Origin: a virus | Taxonomy: Duplodnaviria; Caudoviricetes | IMG/VR virus record: IMGVR_UViG_3300048576_000210 | Coordinates: 1-40,747 of that record | Reading direction: 5' to 3' (one strand) | Length of the DNA: 40,747 nt | Shown here: one piece after another, positions 1 through 8,902 of the stretch | Position numbering within the stretch: the first letter of the stretch is position 1 | Layout of the letters: the number at the start of each line of letters is the position of its first letter | Notes under the pieces: generated by a model | The model's database searches: none | Seen by the model: the letters and a program-made list of their open reading frames with translations, nothing else | Told to the model about the DNA's origin: nothing | Program-made: the position numbers and the translations under genes

Positions 1-145
1 GCATCCATCACGGCGAGTCGGTGGCCGTGGTCGGGGCCAACGGGGCCGGCAAATCGACCCTGCTGCTCCACCTCAACGGCGCGCTCACGCCCCAGAGCGG
101 CACGGTGCGCATCGGCGATTTCCCCCTGGCCAAGACAACCCTCAG
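1..145 (+). pseudogene. cbiO: 5' fragment of host ECF/ABC transporter ATPase (CbiO/EcfA-like), interrupted by the prophage; runs off the window start
   Basis: Frame from nt 3 reads IHHGESVAVVGANGAGKSTLLLHLNG (Walker A GANGAGKST). It joins in frame to 40602 onward as ...[23 protein letters not shown]. Confidence 0.9.
140..145 (+). repeat. Target-site duplication, left copy (CCTCAG)
   Basis: Identical to 40596..40601. The flanking bases differ (139=C vs 40595=A), so the repeat is exactly 6 bp. Confidence 0.92.
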
Positions 146-185
146 TGAAGCGGCGCGCGAAACGCGGACAGCAAAAATTGCGAAA
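146..185 (+). repeat. Phage end, imperfect terminal inverted repeat / putative transposase-binding sites
   Basis: Read inward, both ends have TG at 1-2, AAACG at 15-19 and AATTGCGAAA at 31-40 (176..185 here). Confidence 0.8.
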
Positions 186-244
186 ACTGCCCGCCAAAAA
201 CTTGTTGATATGATCAAAAAAATATTGAACGTGATCCGGAAATC

Positions 245-676
245 CTACTTTGGAATCTGAGAAGCGACCCAAAATAGATGGTCGATCTCCGCAGCCGACA
301 AACCTTTCACCTCAGCTACGGCATTAAGAAGCTGGTCATCCCTCCGAAAGGTCGAAGCACATTCCCAGGCTATCTTTGCCCGTTTGCCCTCGACCCCGTC
401 TAGTGTCCCAATGTAAGTTTCAATATCATCGAATAACCCAGCATCAAGCAGAGCGAGTTTAGCTTGCCGAGCTGTCACAATCTGAATAGTTCCAGGACCT
501 GTAGCAGCAGGTATTAACACTGGATGCCCATCGTCCCCAGATGAAATGAATGAACCAGCGGCCTGCCCCGATAAAAGGTCGAGATAAACGGAAGCAGTGA
601 CCTCGACAGCATCCCCAGGAATGTCAGCATTTAGCTTAGGATCATAAAACCCACCGGTGCTCGCGGAAAAAAACAT
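245..676 (-). CDS. Tail fibre assembly protein / chaperone
   Basis: Starts MFFSASTGGFYD...IPGDAVEVT...YLDLLSGQAAG, a typical Tfa-like N-terminus. AAGGAG RBS before ATG 676; follows the fibre gene. Confidence 0.75.
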   Translation of the reverse strand: MFFSASTGGFYDPKLNADIPGDAVEVTASVYLDLLSGQAAGSFISSGDDGHPVLIPAATGPGTIQIVTARQAKLALLDAGLFDDIETYIGTLDGVEGKRAKIAWECASTFRRDDQLLNAVAEVKGLSAAEIDHLFWVASQIPK

Positions 677-687
677 ATAGTTCTCCT

Positions 688-1386
688 TTAATTCCCAATA
701 GCAATCCAAAACTCCCCGGAGGATGGACCTTCGGTGTCCTGGATAAGGCGAAAATTTGAAGTGGTATAATCAGACTTGACCGAACAAGGAGCGCTAGGAC
801 CGCTACTCGAAGCAGATAATATATGTCCGGGCAAAATCACAAAAACCGCATTAGGAAATGTCACCGGAAACGCGATATATGGTGAGGTTGCATCTGTTCC
901 GACAGATGCCGCAATTCCCCACTGGATAATAAACCCACCTGGACGATCCGGGATACGAAGATAGGGTGAAGACGAAAAATTTGTTTTCGAAAAAAGACCA
1001 AGCAACCCCGCAACGGTCACACCCAGCGTATCGCTGTTTCCATCCTGCACTTCAGCAGCAGTGGCAAACCGCGACAACCCTGCCCGCGAAGTTGTCGCAG
1101 TCAAGGCCCCTAAGCCAGCAGGAGTAACAGCCAAATCGTTACGTGTGCCAGCAATTGTCTCAGCAGCACTCGCCAGCGATGTTACTCTGTCTTCAATCAA
1201 CGAAATGATAGAGTCACGAACTTGCACATGACTGCCGGGATTTAATACCGCGCCAGCAGCCACGAGTATACTTGCAAGTTCTTCTTGTACAGAATTCAGC
1301 CACTCAGCCGTACACACTGTCCCGAGTACGCCGGCAGCAGGGTTTCCATTAACAAACAACCCGTCAGACGTTCCAATTCTTTGCAT
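688..1386 (-). CDS. Short tail fibre protein
   Basis: Mu-type baseplate-binding N-terminus (FVNGNPAAG..GT...AEWLNSVQEEL), two fibre repeats (ASAAETIAG...AVTPAGL; ATAAEVQDG...GVTVAGL) and a C-terminal IIQWG...FPVTFPN...WIAIGN domain. Confidence 0.85.
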   Translation of the reverse strand: MQRIGTSDGLFVNGNPAAGVLGTVCTAEWLNSVQEELASILVAAGAVLNPGSHVQVRDSIISLIEDRVTSLASAAETIAGTRNDLAVTPAGLGALTATTSRAGLSRFATAAEVQDGNSDTLGVTVAGLLGLFSKTNFSSSPYLRIPDRPGGFIIQWGIAASVGTDATSPYIAFPVTFPNAVFVILPGHILSASSSGPSAPCSVKSDYTTSNFRLIQDTEGPSSGEFWIAIGN

Positions 1387-1395
1387 TCGCGCCTC

Positions 1396-1941
1396 TCAAT
1401 AGATAAAATAAACAAAGGTGTGGGCCGGCTTCAATTCTCGAAAAATGGCCTCAAGAATTGGCTCAGAGTCCCACCATAACAACCGCTCACCCGCGCAGGA
1501 ACTGCCAGCCCGAAACTGATATACCGGACGGTCAGGCATGACCACTCCCCATTGCCAACGAACGGCATCGCTGATAATGGTGTCCCCGGCCCTCATGATT
1601 CCGGCCATCGACGGCCGGGGCTCAACGATCTCAATCGCATATCCCAGCGCAGCGGCCAAACGGATAAAATATGCGCGCGAAAGGCCACCCCTTTCGCGTA
1701 TTTTTCGAACCACCTGGTCCCGCCGATAAGCGATCGGATCATCAGGGCCAACATCTAACCCCAAAACCCGTTCCCAGTCAGGCAACAGCGCCACGGCAGC
1801 ATCGGCAAAGGAATCCGTCAACAACGAATCGGCCGAAGCCTGCGCCGCGTCCAAAATCCTCGCAGATATGGCCAGAGTTTTGCCAAAGTCTCCGCCCAGT
1901 TCGATGGGAAAAAGTTGATGCAGTGTCGTTTCAGCTGACAT
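1396..1941 (-). CDS. Baseplate protein, Mu gp48 / YmfQ (DUF2313)-like
   Basis: LLPDWERVLGL, GGLSRAYFIRLAAALGY and LKPAHT motifs; position after baseplate J. Confidence 0.88.
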   Translation of the reverse strand: MSAETTLHQLFPIELGGDFGKTLAISARILDAAQASADSLLTDSFADAAVALLPDWERVLGLDVGPDDPIAYRRDQVVRKIRERGGLSRAYFIRLAAALGYAIEIVEPRPSMAGIMRAGDTIISDAVRWQWGVVMPDRPVYQFRAGSSCAGERLLWWDSEPILEAIFRELKPAHTFVYFIY

Positions 1942-2704
1942 TGACTACTCCAGGGCGAACCATAGAACTGGCAGGTGGCGACACAGTAGCGGCCGGCAAT
2001 GTGACAACTGGATTTTCAGCGCCGTTGACCACAGCAATTCGCAGCAGCTGCGGTATATATAATGGTTGGCCAGGTGTCATTTGATTCATATACGCAACCA
2101 CGTCGAGCCGAACGGTATTGGCCAAATCTGACCCGACACCGGTGATTGTTACAGCCTGAGTAACCACCACCGGCGCAAGCACCCGAACGAACCGTGCGCC
2201 GACCGGCCGCACAGTGTCGATATAAGCAGCAACCTCGACCAAAAGCTCACTGTCGGGTATCTCTGAACCGGTCGCTCCGGAGTCCGCCAAAATGATTACA
2301 TCAACGCTTTCTCCGCCCTGGGCCAGCGGTATGGCGTAGGCAGCAGCCACACCATCGATCTGTTTGGCCCACATCTCGTAATCATGGGCATTCCCTCCAG
2401 CAGGCGGCCGGCGGATATCTTCCAGCAGTCTGGCGCAATATTCCGCATCAGTTTCGCCGACCGTTCGCGAAAGACCCCTCACCCAAGCGTGATGCTCCAA
2501 AGCCTCGGTATCAGCCGTGTCCGGAAAAATTTGCCGACTGATCCACTCCTGATAGCGGTACAGTCCCCAGGCGGCCGACGCATAACCAGCAGCTTTCATA
2601 TAAGCCAAGCTGCCCTGGCTGACGTCCACCGAAGGAAGAATATTGCGGAAGTCCGTCAGTATATCCGCCAAAATATCATCAAACGATTTCTCGTAAGCCA
2701 TCAA
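1931..2704 (-). CDS. Baseplate J / Mu gp47-like wedge protein (short, 257 aa)
   Basis: QIFPDTADTEALEHHA, PPAGGNAHDYEMWA and VAAYIDTVRPV motifs. Confidence 0.88.
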   Translation of the reverse strand: MMAYEKSFDDILADILTDFRNILPSVDVSQGSLAYMKAAGYASAAWGLYRYQEWISRQIFPDTADTEALEHHAWVRGLSRTVGETDAEYCARLLEDIRRPPAGGNAHDYEMWAKQIDGVAAAYAIPLAQGGESVDVIILADSGATGSEIPDSELLVEVAAYIDTVRPVGARFVRVLAPVVVTQAVTITGVGSDLANTVRLDVVAYMNQMTPGQPLYIPQLLRIAVVNGAENPVVTLPAATVSPPASSMVRPGVVNVS

Positions 2705-3069
2705 ATAACCTCCCGGAAAGTCTCGAAAGTCAGCACCCGACCGTCAGCCTGCTCCACCTCAATCGATATTTTCAAGCGATGCAGATCCACAGTTTGATCC
2801 CGTTCCGCCGCAACCTTCACAGACTTTGCCCGGCCGATATCGATCAGCCATTGCAGCGCATCAAGGTAGTCGTGGCGGATCAGCGCCGCGGTCGCAGCAG
2901 TGTTTTTCATCCGGGCGCGCTTGCGCAGGCCAAACTGCGGACGGTGAAAAAAAGATCCGCGCTCCACGGCCAGGCTCAAAAAGACATTATTGGCCAGCGT
3001 GGTGCACGCCCCCCAGGTCATGCTGCCTCCCAGGCCATTTGAATCCACAACAATCGCGTAGTCGATCAC
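2701..3069 (-). CDS. Baseplate protein, Mu gp46-like
   Basis: GSFFHRPQFG and DALQWLIDIGRAKSV motifs; synteny. Confidence 0.82.
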   Translation of the reverse strand: MIDYAIVVDSNGLGGSMTWGACTTLANNVFLSLAVERGSFFHRPQFGLRKRARMKNTAATAALIRHDYLDALQWLIDIGRAKSVKVAAERDQTVDLHRLKISIEVEQADGRVLTFETFREVI

Positions 3070-3563
3070 ATCGCCACCTCAGGAGGATCTGTCCATTCTC
3101 CGCTGTCATTTTCACCGTGAGTGTGGCCATTGTACACCTCCCGCATGCCGCTCATGCTCAGACCGTCAGCTTCGACCAAGTCGACAATCTCGCCGGTCGT
3201 TTCCAGCATTGGGCTTTCGATCCGGACCTTACTTGACGCCTTGATCACCAAAGTCTCGGTGACAATCTCAACCACCCGCCCGCGCTTAAGGTGAACGAAA
3301 TCCCCTTCGTCTGAATATATGGCCACCTCGCCAGTGGCAACAGCAATCCGGTACCGACGATCATCCTCAGCCACAGATACGATGTGGTTGCCGGATTTGA
3401 TCAAAATGGCCTCGGCGCCAGCGCCCGGGCTGGAAGAAAACCCGTAATGCTGAAACATCTCCCGGCTTGCAAAAGTTTCGCCGCTGCGGCCGGTAGCCCC
3501 GAACCGTTTAATCGCGCCTTCCGCTACAGCAGTGATGATTCCCCGCACCCAACCAACCATCAT
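3066..3563 (-). CDS. Baseplate spike, Mu gp45 (gpQ / gpV-like)
   Basis: QHYGFSSSP, DDRRYR, GEVAIYSDEG and a C-terminal YNGHTH iron-binding HxH motif. Confidence 0.9.
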   Translation of the reverse strand: MMVGWVRGIITAVAEGAIKRFGATGRSGETFASREMFQHYGFSSSPGAGAEAILIKSGNHIVSVAEDDRRYRIAVATGEVAIYSDEGDFVHLKRGRVVEIVTETLVIKASSKVRIESPMLETTGEIVDLVEADGLSMSGMREVYNGHTHGENDSGEWTDPPEVAM

Positions 3564-4627
3564 GCCACCAACCCGGGCGTGCCCAACTTGATCCTCGTCA
3601 ATGTTCCGCCGTCGCGGGATCGTTCCATTTTGCGGCCATACACCAGCATTACCTGGTCAATCCCCAACGGTTCGTGCCGCACCTGGCACAGCTCGTTGAT
3701 TCGCCAGTTTTTACCGCGCTGCCCATGCCCCTGGGCGGTTACACTGAACTGATATCCCTCATGGCGCTGCTGCTCCAAAATCATCCGAGCATGCAACGCC
3801 GGGCTCTGCGCGTCGTTGTTGTCCTGGGTGACATACGGCTTGTAAAACGGAAAATCCTCATCAGTGGCCGTCGCCTTGGTGTTCACCTCGGCCGGCCCGT
3901 CAAAATCGTCCTGGCCCTGCTGTTGGCCCATCACCGTTACCTTGCTGTAGCGCTTGCTGATGTCGTCAACCTCTTCCGCCTCCAAAATGTTGTTGCCAAC
4001 ACCGTCATACCTGCAGGCCAGATTAAACATCGGCTCGCCCTTGGCTTTGGGTCGACCAAACACAAAGGAACCGTCTGGCTTGCTCCAAAACATGAGCCCC
4101 CTGCTGGCCGCGTAATTCTTCAGTACCTCAAAAACCGTCATGCCGGGCTCAATCTGCGATATCCGTTGCGGAGTGTCCATGAACCCGACCAGCGGTTCGT
4201 CGACGGTACGCTTCTTTCCCTTGAGTTTGCCGACAATATTTTCTTGATACTCGATCTTCTCCCGATTGATAAACGGCACGGACTTCAGCAACATCTCCGC
4301 CAGGTCGGACAGCTTCTTGTTTTCCACGGTAAAAAACTGCTCGCAGTACGAGTCGACCAGCAACCCCATCAGGTCGCGCCCCTCGATTCTGTACGACATG
4401 CCCCGCTTGTCGTGTCGGCGCGTGACCCGGTCGATGATCCCGGTCAACTCCAGCACGCCGTTGATGTACAGTTCGCACCGCTGGCCGCGTTTGATATCCA
4501 TTTCAGGATGGGCCACGTCCAGTGAAAAGGCATCGTCGGCGACATACAGGTCAGACTCAATCTCGTAGGAGAGAAATCGCTCTATTCGCCGACCGGCAAT
4601 CTGCAGCACAACCTGGTTACTGGACAT
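3560..4627 (-). CDS. Baseplate hub, Mu gp44 (gpP)-like
   Basis: ADDAFSL, TGIIDRV, GRDLMGLLVDS and WRINEL motifs; synteny. Confidence 0.88.
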   Translation of the reverse strand: MSSNQVVLQIAGRRIERFLSYEIESDLYVADDAFSLDVAHPEMDIKRGQRCELYINGVLELTGIIDRVTRRHDKRGMSYRIEGRDLMGLLVDSYCEQFFTVENKKLSDLAEMLLKSVPFINREKIEYQENIVGKLKGKKRTVDEPLVGFMDTPQRISQIEPGMTVFEVLKNYAASRGLMFWSKPDGSFVFGRPKAKGEPMFNLACRYDGVGNNILEAEEVDDISKRYSKVTVMGQQQGQDDFDGPAEVNTKATATDEDFPFYKPYVTQDNNDAQSPALHARMILEQQRHEGYQFSVTAQGHGQRGKNWRINELCQVRHEPLGIDQVMLVYGRKMERSRDGGTLTRIKLGTPGLVA

Positions 4628-5909
4628 AAATCACCACCTCGCCGCTCACCTCGTTGGGGTTGCGGATGTCGTTGATCGTCAGTAACCGCTCCGCCGCGCT
4701 ATAGGGCAAGCCATGCGCCAAACAAACGATGTGCAAAGGCAGCGTGTTGTCCAAAGCAACCCGCACCGTTTTTTCCCGCTCCAGCTTAATCGTCCCCACA
4801 TGCGTTTGCAGCTGCAGCGCCTGGCGTTTCAGGCTGCTGCTCTGCCGGCTCAAAACAACGGCCTCCTGGAGCAATCCGCGCACTGTCGCCAGGCTTGTTT
4901 CCAGTTCACGTTCGGTCATGGGCTGCGGATCCGTAGCGCTGAACTCCGGCTCGGTATAGTTGCCCAGGGCGTCAAATGCCGGCACGCCCTCGGCCCGTCT
5001 CCGCTCCGTTCTCCGCTCCTCATCCGCCTTGTAACAATAGGCGGTCTGCAAAGCGATGTGAGCGGATCCGCCGATGGTTGTTGTTTTTGCAAACCTTCCG
5101 GACACCGCCCGCAAACTGGCCAAGCCGCTGGCCAGGCTGTCGGTGAACCGGGCCGGCGCAGTTTGCAACGCCTCGGCGGCAATCGCATACCGTTCCATGC
5201 ACCGAGCCACGCTGCCGATCACCCTGCCGGGCAGGCTGGTCCCGTAATTGAGGATAGACACCAATCCATTGGCCGGATTGGCCACAGCGTTCAATGTGCC
5301 TTCTACGGTGGCCACGTAGCTCTCGACGGTTTTTAGATAGTTTCTGGCCGTGGTGGTGATTGCAGAGAACTGCTCGACAATGCCCAACTCCGGATCCAGT
5401 TCGAAACCCAAAATGGACGACGCCTCGCTGCCCAGCTCAGCGGTGACGTCATCAGCAAACTCCACCTTTTGATCTTCGATGCTGGCGGCATAGGCCTCTT
5501 CAGCGCTGGACTCGATATCCTCGTGGGCAGTGTCGTCAACGTCCTCAATCAAACCCTGCACAAAGGTGATGTCGATCTCGGCGAAGCGATCCCGATCATC
5601 ATGGTGCGGGTGTATCGACTCGACACTGCCGCGCATCGGCCCATATTTCGGATGCACCAGCTCTCCGATCTCCATGCCTTCCAGGTACGACAGCAGCGCC
5701 TCGTGGACATCGTAGGTCATATGATCCGCGTCATCGTCCCAGAAGTAGCACCGAAACCGGACAACCCTGGCCTTTTGGCCAAGATCCTCCAGCAGAGCGC
5801 CGTTTCGGTACGGATATTCGTGGCGGACGATCGACGATTCGATCTCGTCGTCAATCATCTCGATCTCGAGTGCGAATCCATCCAGTTGTGCATCGTAAAG
5901 ATCAGGCAT
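4617..5909 (-). CDS. DNA circularisation protein, Mu gpN-like
   Basis: HEYPYRNGALLEDLGQKAR and GELVHPKYG N-terminal motifs; C-terminal N.IRNPN motif. Start placed at MPDLY. Confidence 0.88.
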   Translation of the reverse strand: MPDLYDAQLDGFALEIEMIDDEIESSIVRHEYPYRNGALLEDLGQKARVVRFRCYFWDDDADHMTYDVHEALLSYLEGMEIGELVHPKYGPMRGSVESIHPHHDDRDRFAEIDITFVQGLIEDVDDTAHEDIESSAEEAYAASIEDQKVEFADDVTAELGSEASSILGFELDPELGIVEQFSAITTTARNYLKTVESYVATVEGTLNAVANPANGLVSILNYGTSLPGRVIGSVARCMERYAIAAEALQTAPARFTDSLASGLASLRAVSGRFAKTTTIGGSAHIALQTAYCYKADEERRTERRRAEGVPAFDALGNYTEPEFSATDPQPMTERELETSLATVRGLLQEAVVLSRQSSSLKRQALQLQTHVGTIKLEREKTVRVALDNTLPLHIVCLAHGLPYSAAERLLTINDIRNPNEVSGEVVIYVQ

Positions 5910-5916
5910 AGTCGAC

Positions 5917-6414
5917 TTACCAAAGCATGGCCTGGCCGGCAAAAATCAGATTTTCTCCGCCCCACTGCACGGTGTATCCATCATTCTCCTGGAATTCCGA
6001 TGCAGGGCCGATTTCCTCGACAGTCACCGTTCCTGCGCCCAAGGCGTCAAACACCAGCGACTCCACCATGCCGTTGGGCATTAGAAAATACTCTCTGCCG
6101 GCCAACAGCCGCTTGCCGTGGCTGTTGACAGCGGTGTTCAAGTGCATTTCGCAGTTCACCGTCGAGGTGATCAGCAGCGTCCGGATCAAATGCGGCGCAG
6201 CAAATTCCACCTCGGTCTGCCCGGCGCCCGCAAACACGATATCTTGCCGGGCCCGCAAAAATGCATACTGCGGCGCATCCGATGTGCGAGTCACGCCGTC
6301 AAGATGATCCAGGATGAATGGCGTTTCAAAGCCCTGTTCTCCGGGGTGCAGCGTGCGAAGCCGTTGAGAACCGACCGGGTAAGCGACGGCGCTGTCATTT
6401 CTGTATGTGGGCAT
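5917..6414 (-). CDS. Hypothetical protein between TMP and gpN, possibly virion-associated
   Basis: 165-aa ORF with AGGAG RBS filling the gap. Beta-rich, with a C-terminal VQWGGEN-LIFAGQA-MLW motif. Confidence 0.7.
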   Translation of the reverse strand: MPTYRNDSAVAYPVGSQRLRTLHPGEQGFETPFILDHLDGVTRTSDAPQYAFLRARQDIVFAGAGQTEVEFAAPHLIRTLLITSTVNCEMHLNTAVNSHGKRLLAGREYFLMPNGMVESLVFDALGAGTVTVEEIGPASEFQENDGYTVQWGGENLIFAGQAMLW

Positions 6415-6456
6415 GGTGTGCTCCTGTTTGATGTCAAAAAAAATCAGAACTATTTA

Positions 6457-8046
6457 TCAAAACAAATCCGGTTCATAAAAATATCCGCGTCGCTTAGGCC
6501 TGACAAAAACCTTGGTGTTCGGATCGTCGCTGCTAGACGTTGCCCGGCCATTTTGGTCGACGGTGATATTCATATGGATCTCATTTTTTGGGAGCTCGAA
6601 AAGGTTTGCTTCGGGTATTTGGGAATACAGCATAGCTCTATCCTGCTCATCCTGGCTCATCTTCTCGCCAGAAAAATTTTTCATCATCAACGAGATTGAA
6701 TCCCATATTCCATAGAGAGAACTGCCTACCACCGCCGCACCGCCAATCACAGAAGAAGCGGGGGCGGCGCCAGAGACAGCCATCTGTCCTGGGCCTACGG
6801 GAACAAGAGGTGGATTGTTCAGTAAACTTAAAATCGGCTTCACCAAATTCGAAACCTTGCTCAACGCCACTAAAGACCCGACCGTCATGGCTAGATATTC
6901 ACTCACTTTAAGCCATTTCTGCACGGTTCCAGGTTGCAATCCATCCAAGGTCTTTGTCAGGCTGCGCACAGGACCTATCAATTCAGAATGAGCAAAACGC
7001 TGCCAACTAGTATTCAGGCTCTGTATCGCTGCGTTGAATTCCTCTGCTGCCCTGGCGGCGTCCCCCATCAACTCGCTACCATCACCGGCTACGTTCATGA
7101 ATTCATCTGCGGCGTTCTTGCCAGTTTTTTGATATTCGGCAATGAATGCCTTGAGCCCATCCATTGTCTGCATGCCAAATATTTTGCTGATTTTATCGGG
7201 GTCACCTTTGGTTTTTTTCAATATTTCATCAATCAATCCGACCAAAGGTTTCAGGACCTTATGTCCTTTTTTTAGCTCCGCCGGGTCCCATATCCCGATT
7301 CCAATCCTTTTCAACACCTTCTGCTTTTCCATCAGGTCATTGAATAGATTTTTAAATGCCGTGCTTGTCTCTTCTGGCCCTCCGGCAGACTTTCGGAACA
7401 CCTGCAGCACAGCGCCCATTTGCTTGATCCCTTCTACGCCTTTTCCACCCATGGACGCGTAGGCGGCTGTCACTCGGTTCCCCTGGGTGGTCAGGTCTTT
7501 CAATGTAAATGCCCCTGCTTTTCCCTGTTTTATTAGGATATCCAGAGACGACAACATTTCCGCGTCGGTCTTTATGCCGAACTTTTCCTTCATGTTGGCA
7601 ACCATGTCGCCAACATCCTTGCCCTCGGCGCCGGTTGCCCTCATGACGAGACCCATGTTGCGCAAACCACTCGTGGCCAAGTCAAAGTCGCCCGTTTTTT
7701 CTACAATCGTATCGATTGCATTGAGCAACTGCGATGGGTCAACTCTGACATCTCCCATGTTTGCGATTTCCAATACCTTTTGGTACAGGCTATCTACCTC
7801 TTGCCGGGACTTTCCGGCCTGAATTCCAAGCATGGTCAGCCGTTGGCTCAGATCTCCTATTTTTTTTATCGAGGCCATCGCGGCGGTGCCTGTAAATATA
7901 GCTGACCAGCGATTGCCAATTTTATCCAGCGCGTTCTTGACGCCGGAAGCAAACCGATTCACCACCTTGCCAGTGCTGGCCAGCTCGCTGCGCAAGTTTC
8001 CGGACTTCCCCATCAGTTCCAGGTATAGCCGCAGACTTTCAGCCAT
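6457..8046 (-). CDS. Tail tape measure protein
   Basis: 529-aa helical Ala/Gly/Lys-rich ORF with GKAGAFTLKDL TMP core motif; follows the tail chaperone genes. Confidence 0.9.
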   Translation of the reverse strand: MAESLRLYLELMGKSGNLRSELASTGKVVNRFASGVKNALDKIGNRWSAIFTGTAAMASIKKIGDLSQRLTMLGIQAGKSRQEVDSLYQKVLEIANMGDVRVDPSQLLNAIDTIVEKTGDFDLATSGLRNMGLVMRATGAEGKDVGDMVANMKEKFGIKTDAEMLSSLDILIKQGKAGAFTLKDLTTQGNRVTAAYASMGGKGVEGIKQMGAVLQVFRKSAGGPEETSTAFKNLFNDLMEKQKVLKRIGIGIWDPAELKKGHKVLKPLVGLIDEILKKTKGDPDKISKIFGMQTMDGLKAFIAEYQKTGKNAADEFMNVAGDGSELMGDAARAAEEFNAAIQSLNTSWQRFAHSELIGPVRSLTKTLDGLQPGTVQKWLKVSEYLAMTVGSLVALSKVSNLVKPILSLLNNPPLVPVGPGQMAVSGAAPASSVIGGAAVVGSSLYGIWDSISLMMKNFSGEKMSQDEQDRAMLYSQIPEANLFELPKNEIHMNITVDQNGRATSSSDDPNTKVFVRPKRRGYFYEPDLF

Positions 8047-8224
8047 TTTTATTTCTCCTCAACACCTTGTAGGTCTTTTTCTTAGGCGGGTTGGTCAGCT
8101 CTTGGTTCGCTCGCAGCCAATCCCGGGCCTCCCCCATCGACATTTTCGATATTTCCGGGCCCGTGAACCCCAACTTCCGGAGCAGCAGGTGCAGCATCCG
8201 GCGCGGCTTCAGCCGCGCCTCGAA
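8039..8224 (-). CDS. Probable frameshift extension of the tail chaperone (G-T type)
   Basis: Overlapping +1 frame (FEARLKPRRMLHLLLRKLGFTGPEISKMSMGEARDWL...) with no clear own RBS; ends overlapping the TMP start. Confidence 0.6.
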   Translation of the reverse strand, partial: FEARLKPRRMLHLLLRKLGFTGPEISKMSMGEARDWLRANQELTNPPKKKTYKVLRRNKNG

Positions 8225-8519
8225 ACGAGGCCCTCTCGGCCTGTAATTTCCGGTCGGTGGCCAGCAAATGATTGAAATCGACACTGGTCAAGCTCATCAT
8301 TTCGGCTGAAGTAATATTCCGCCCTAATTGGGGGATCGCAAGGCGCCGCGCCATAAGGCAGATATTAAAAAAGGCGTCGCTTGTCATGGCCCTAGGCCCA
8401 TCAGGAGACTCGAGCACTGCAACCTCATCGGCCACCAATTGTTCGCGCAGTTCATATTTGTGATAAACCGCCCCTTCTATTTCCATGCCGTTGGGAAATA
8501 CTTCTGCAATTTTCATCAC
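8082..8519 (-). CDS. Tail assembly chaperone (Mu gp41-like)
   Basis: Between tube and TMP; ELREQLVADE and MMSLTSVDFNHL motifs; low-complexity tail after SFR. Confidence 0.8.
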   Translation of the reverse strand: MMKIAEVFPNGMEIEGAVYHKYELREQLVADEVAVLESPDGPRAMTSDAFFNICLMARRLAIPQLGRNITSAEMMSLTSVDFNHLLATDRKLQAERASFRGAAEAAPDAAPAAPEVGVHGPGNIENVDGGGPGLAASEPRADQPA

Positions 8520-8875
8520 TCCACCTTCCCGGACGCGCCGAGGGTAATGGTGCGGACGGTGCCTTCGCTCTCACCGTCGTATTTTGCAGCGCCAATTTTG
8601 AGCGTCCGCACGCCGGTGTAGGTCACCCGCACCCCATTTTGCTTGTCGATGGTGAGGGTGCCATTCTTGACCGCGGCAAAGTCGAACTCCGGCGCATCGG
8701 ACGGGACGACATAATCTACCTCCACCGTGTGCCGGGCCGTCATGTTGGCAAACCCGGTCTTGTTCATGAGATTGACCGGCTTGGCCGTCTCGACCTCGCC
8801 TTCGGTCACGCTCTTAAAATCTTCGATGTTCTGCCCGTTCACTTCGAGCAAAACGTTGGTCACATATTCGGACAT
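8516..8875 (-). CDS. Tail tube protein
   Basis: 119-aa beta-rich ORF directly after the sheath; GGAGG RBS. Confidence 0.82.
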   Translation of the reverse strand: MSEYVTNVLLEVNGQNIEDFKSVTEGEVETAKPVNLMNKTGFANMTARHTVEVDYVVPSDAPEFDFAAVKNGTLTIDKQNGVRVTYTGVRTLKIGAAKYDGESEGTVRTITLGASGKVE

Positions 8876-8902
8876 AGCCCTATCCTCCCTGGGGGACCTG
8901 GT

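Noticed and set aside
21-260. 79-aa ORF as a real gene
   Set aside because: It is the cbiO 5' fragment reading through the junction into the phage end.
146-1386. Gin-type invertible fibre segment or com/mom module at the phage end
   Set aside because: No invertase, second fibre cassette or mom-like gene; the end lies about 100 bp after the chaperone gene.
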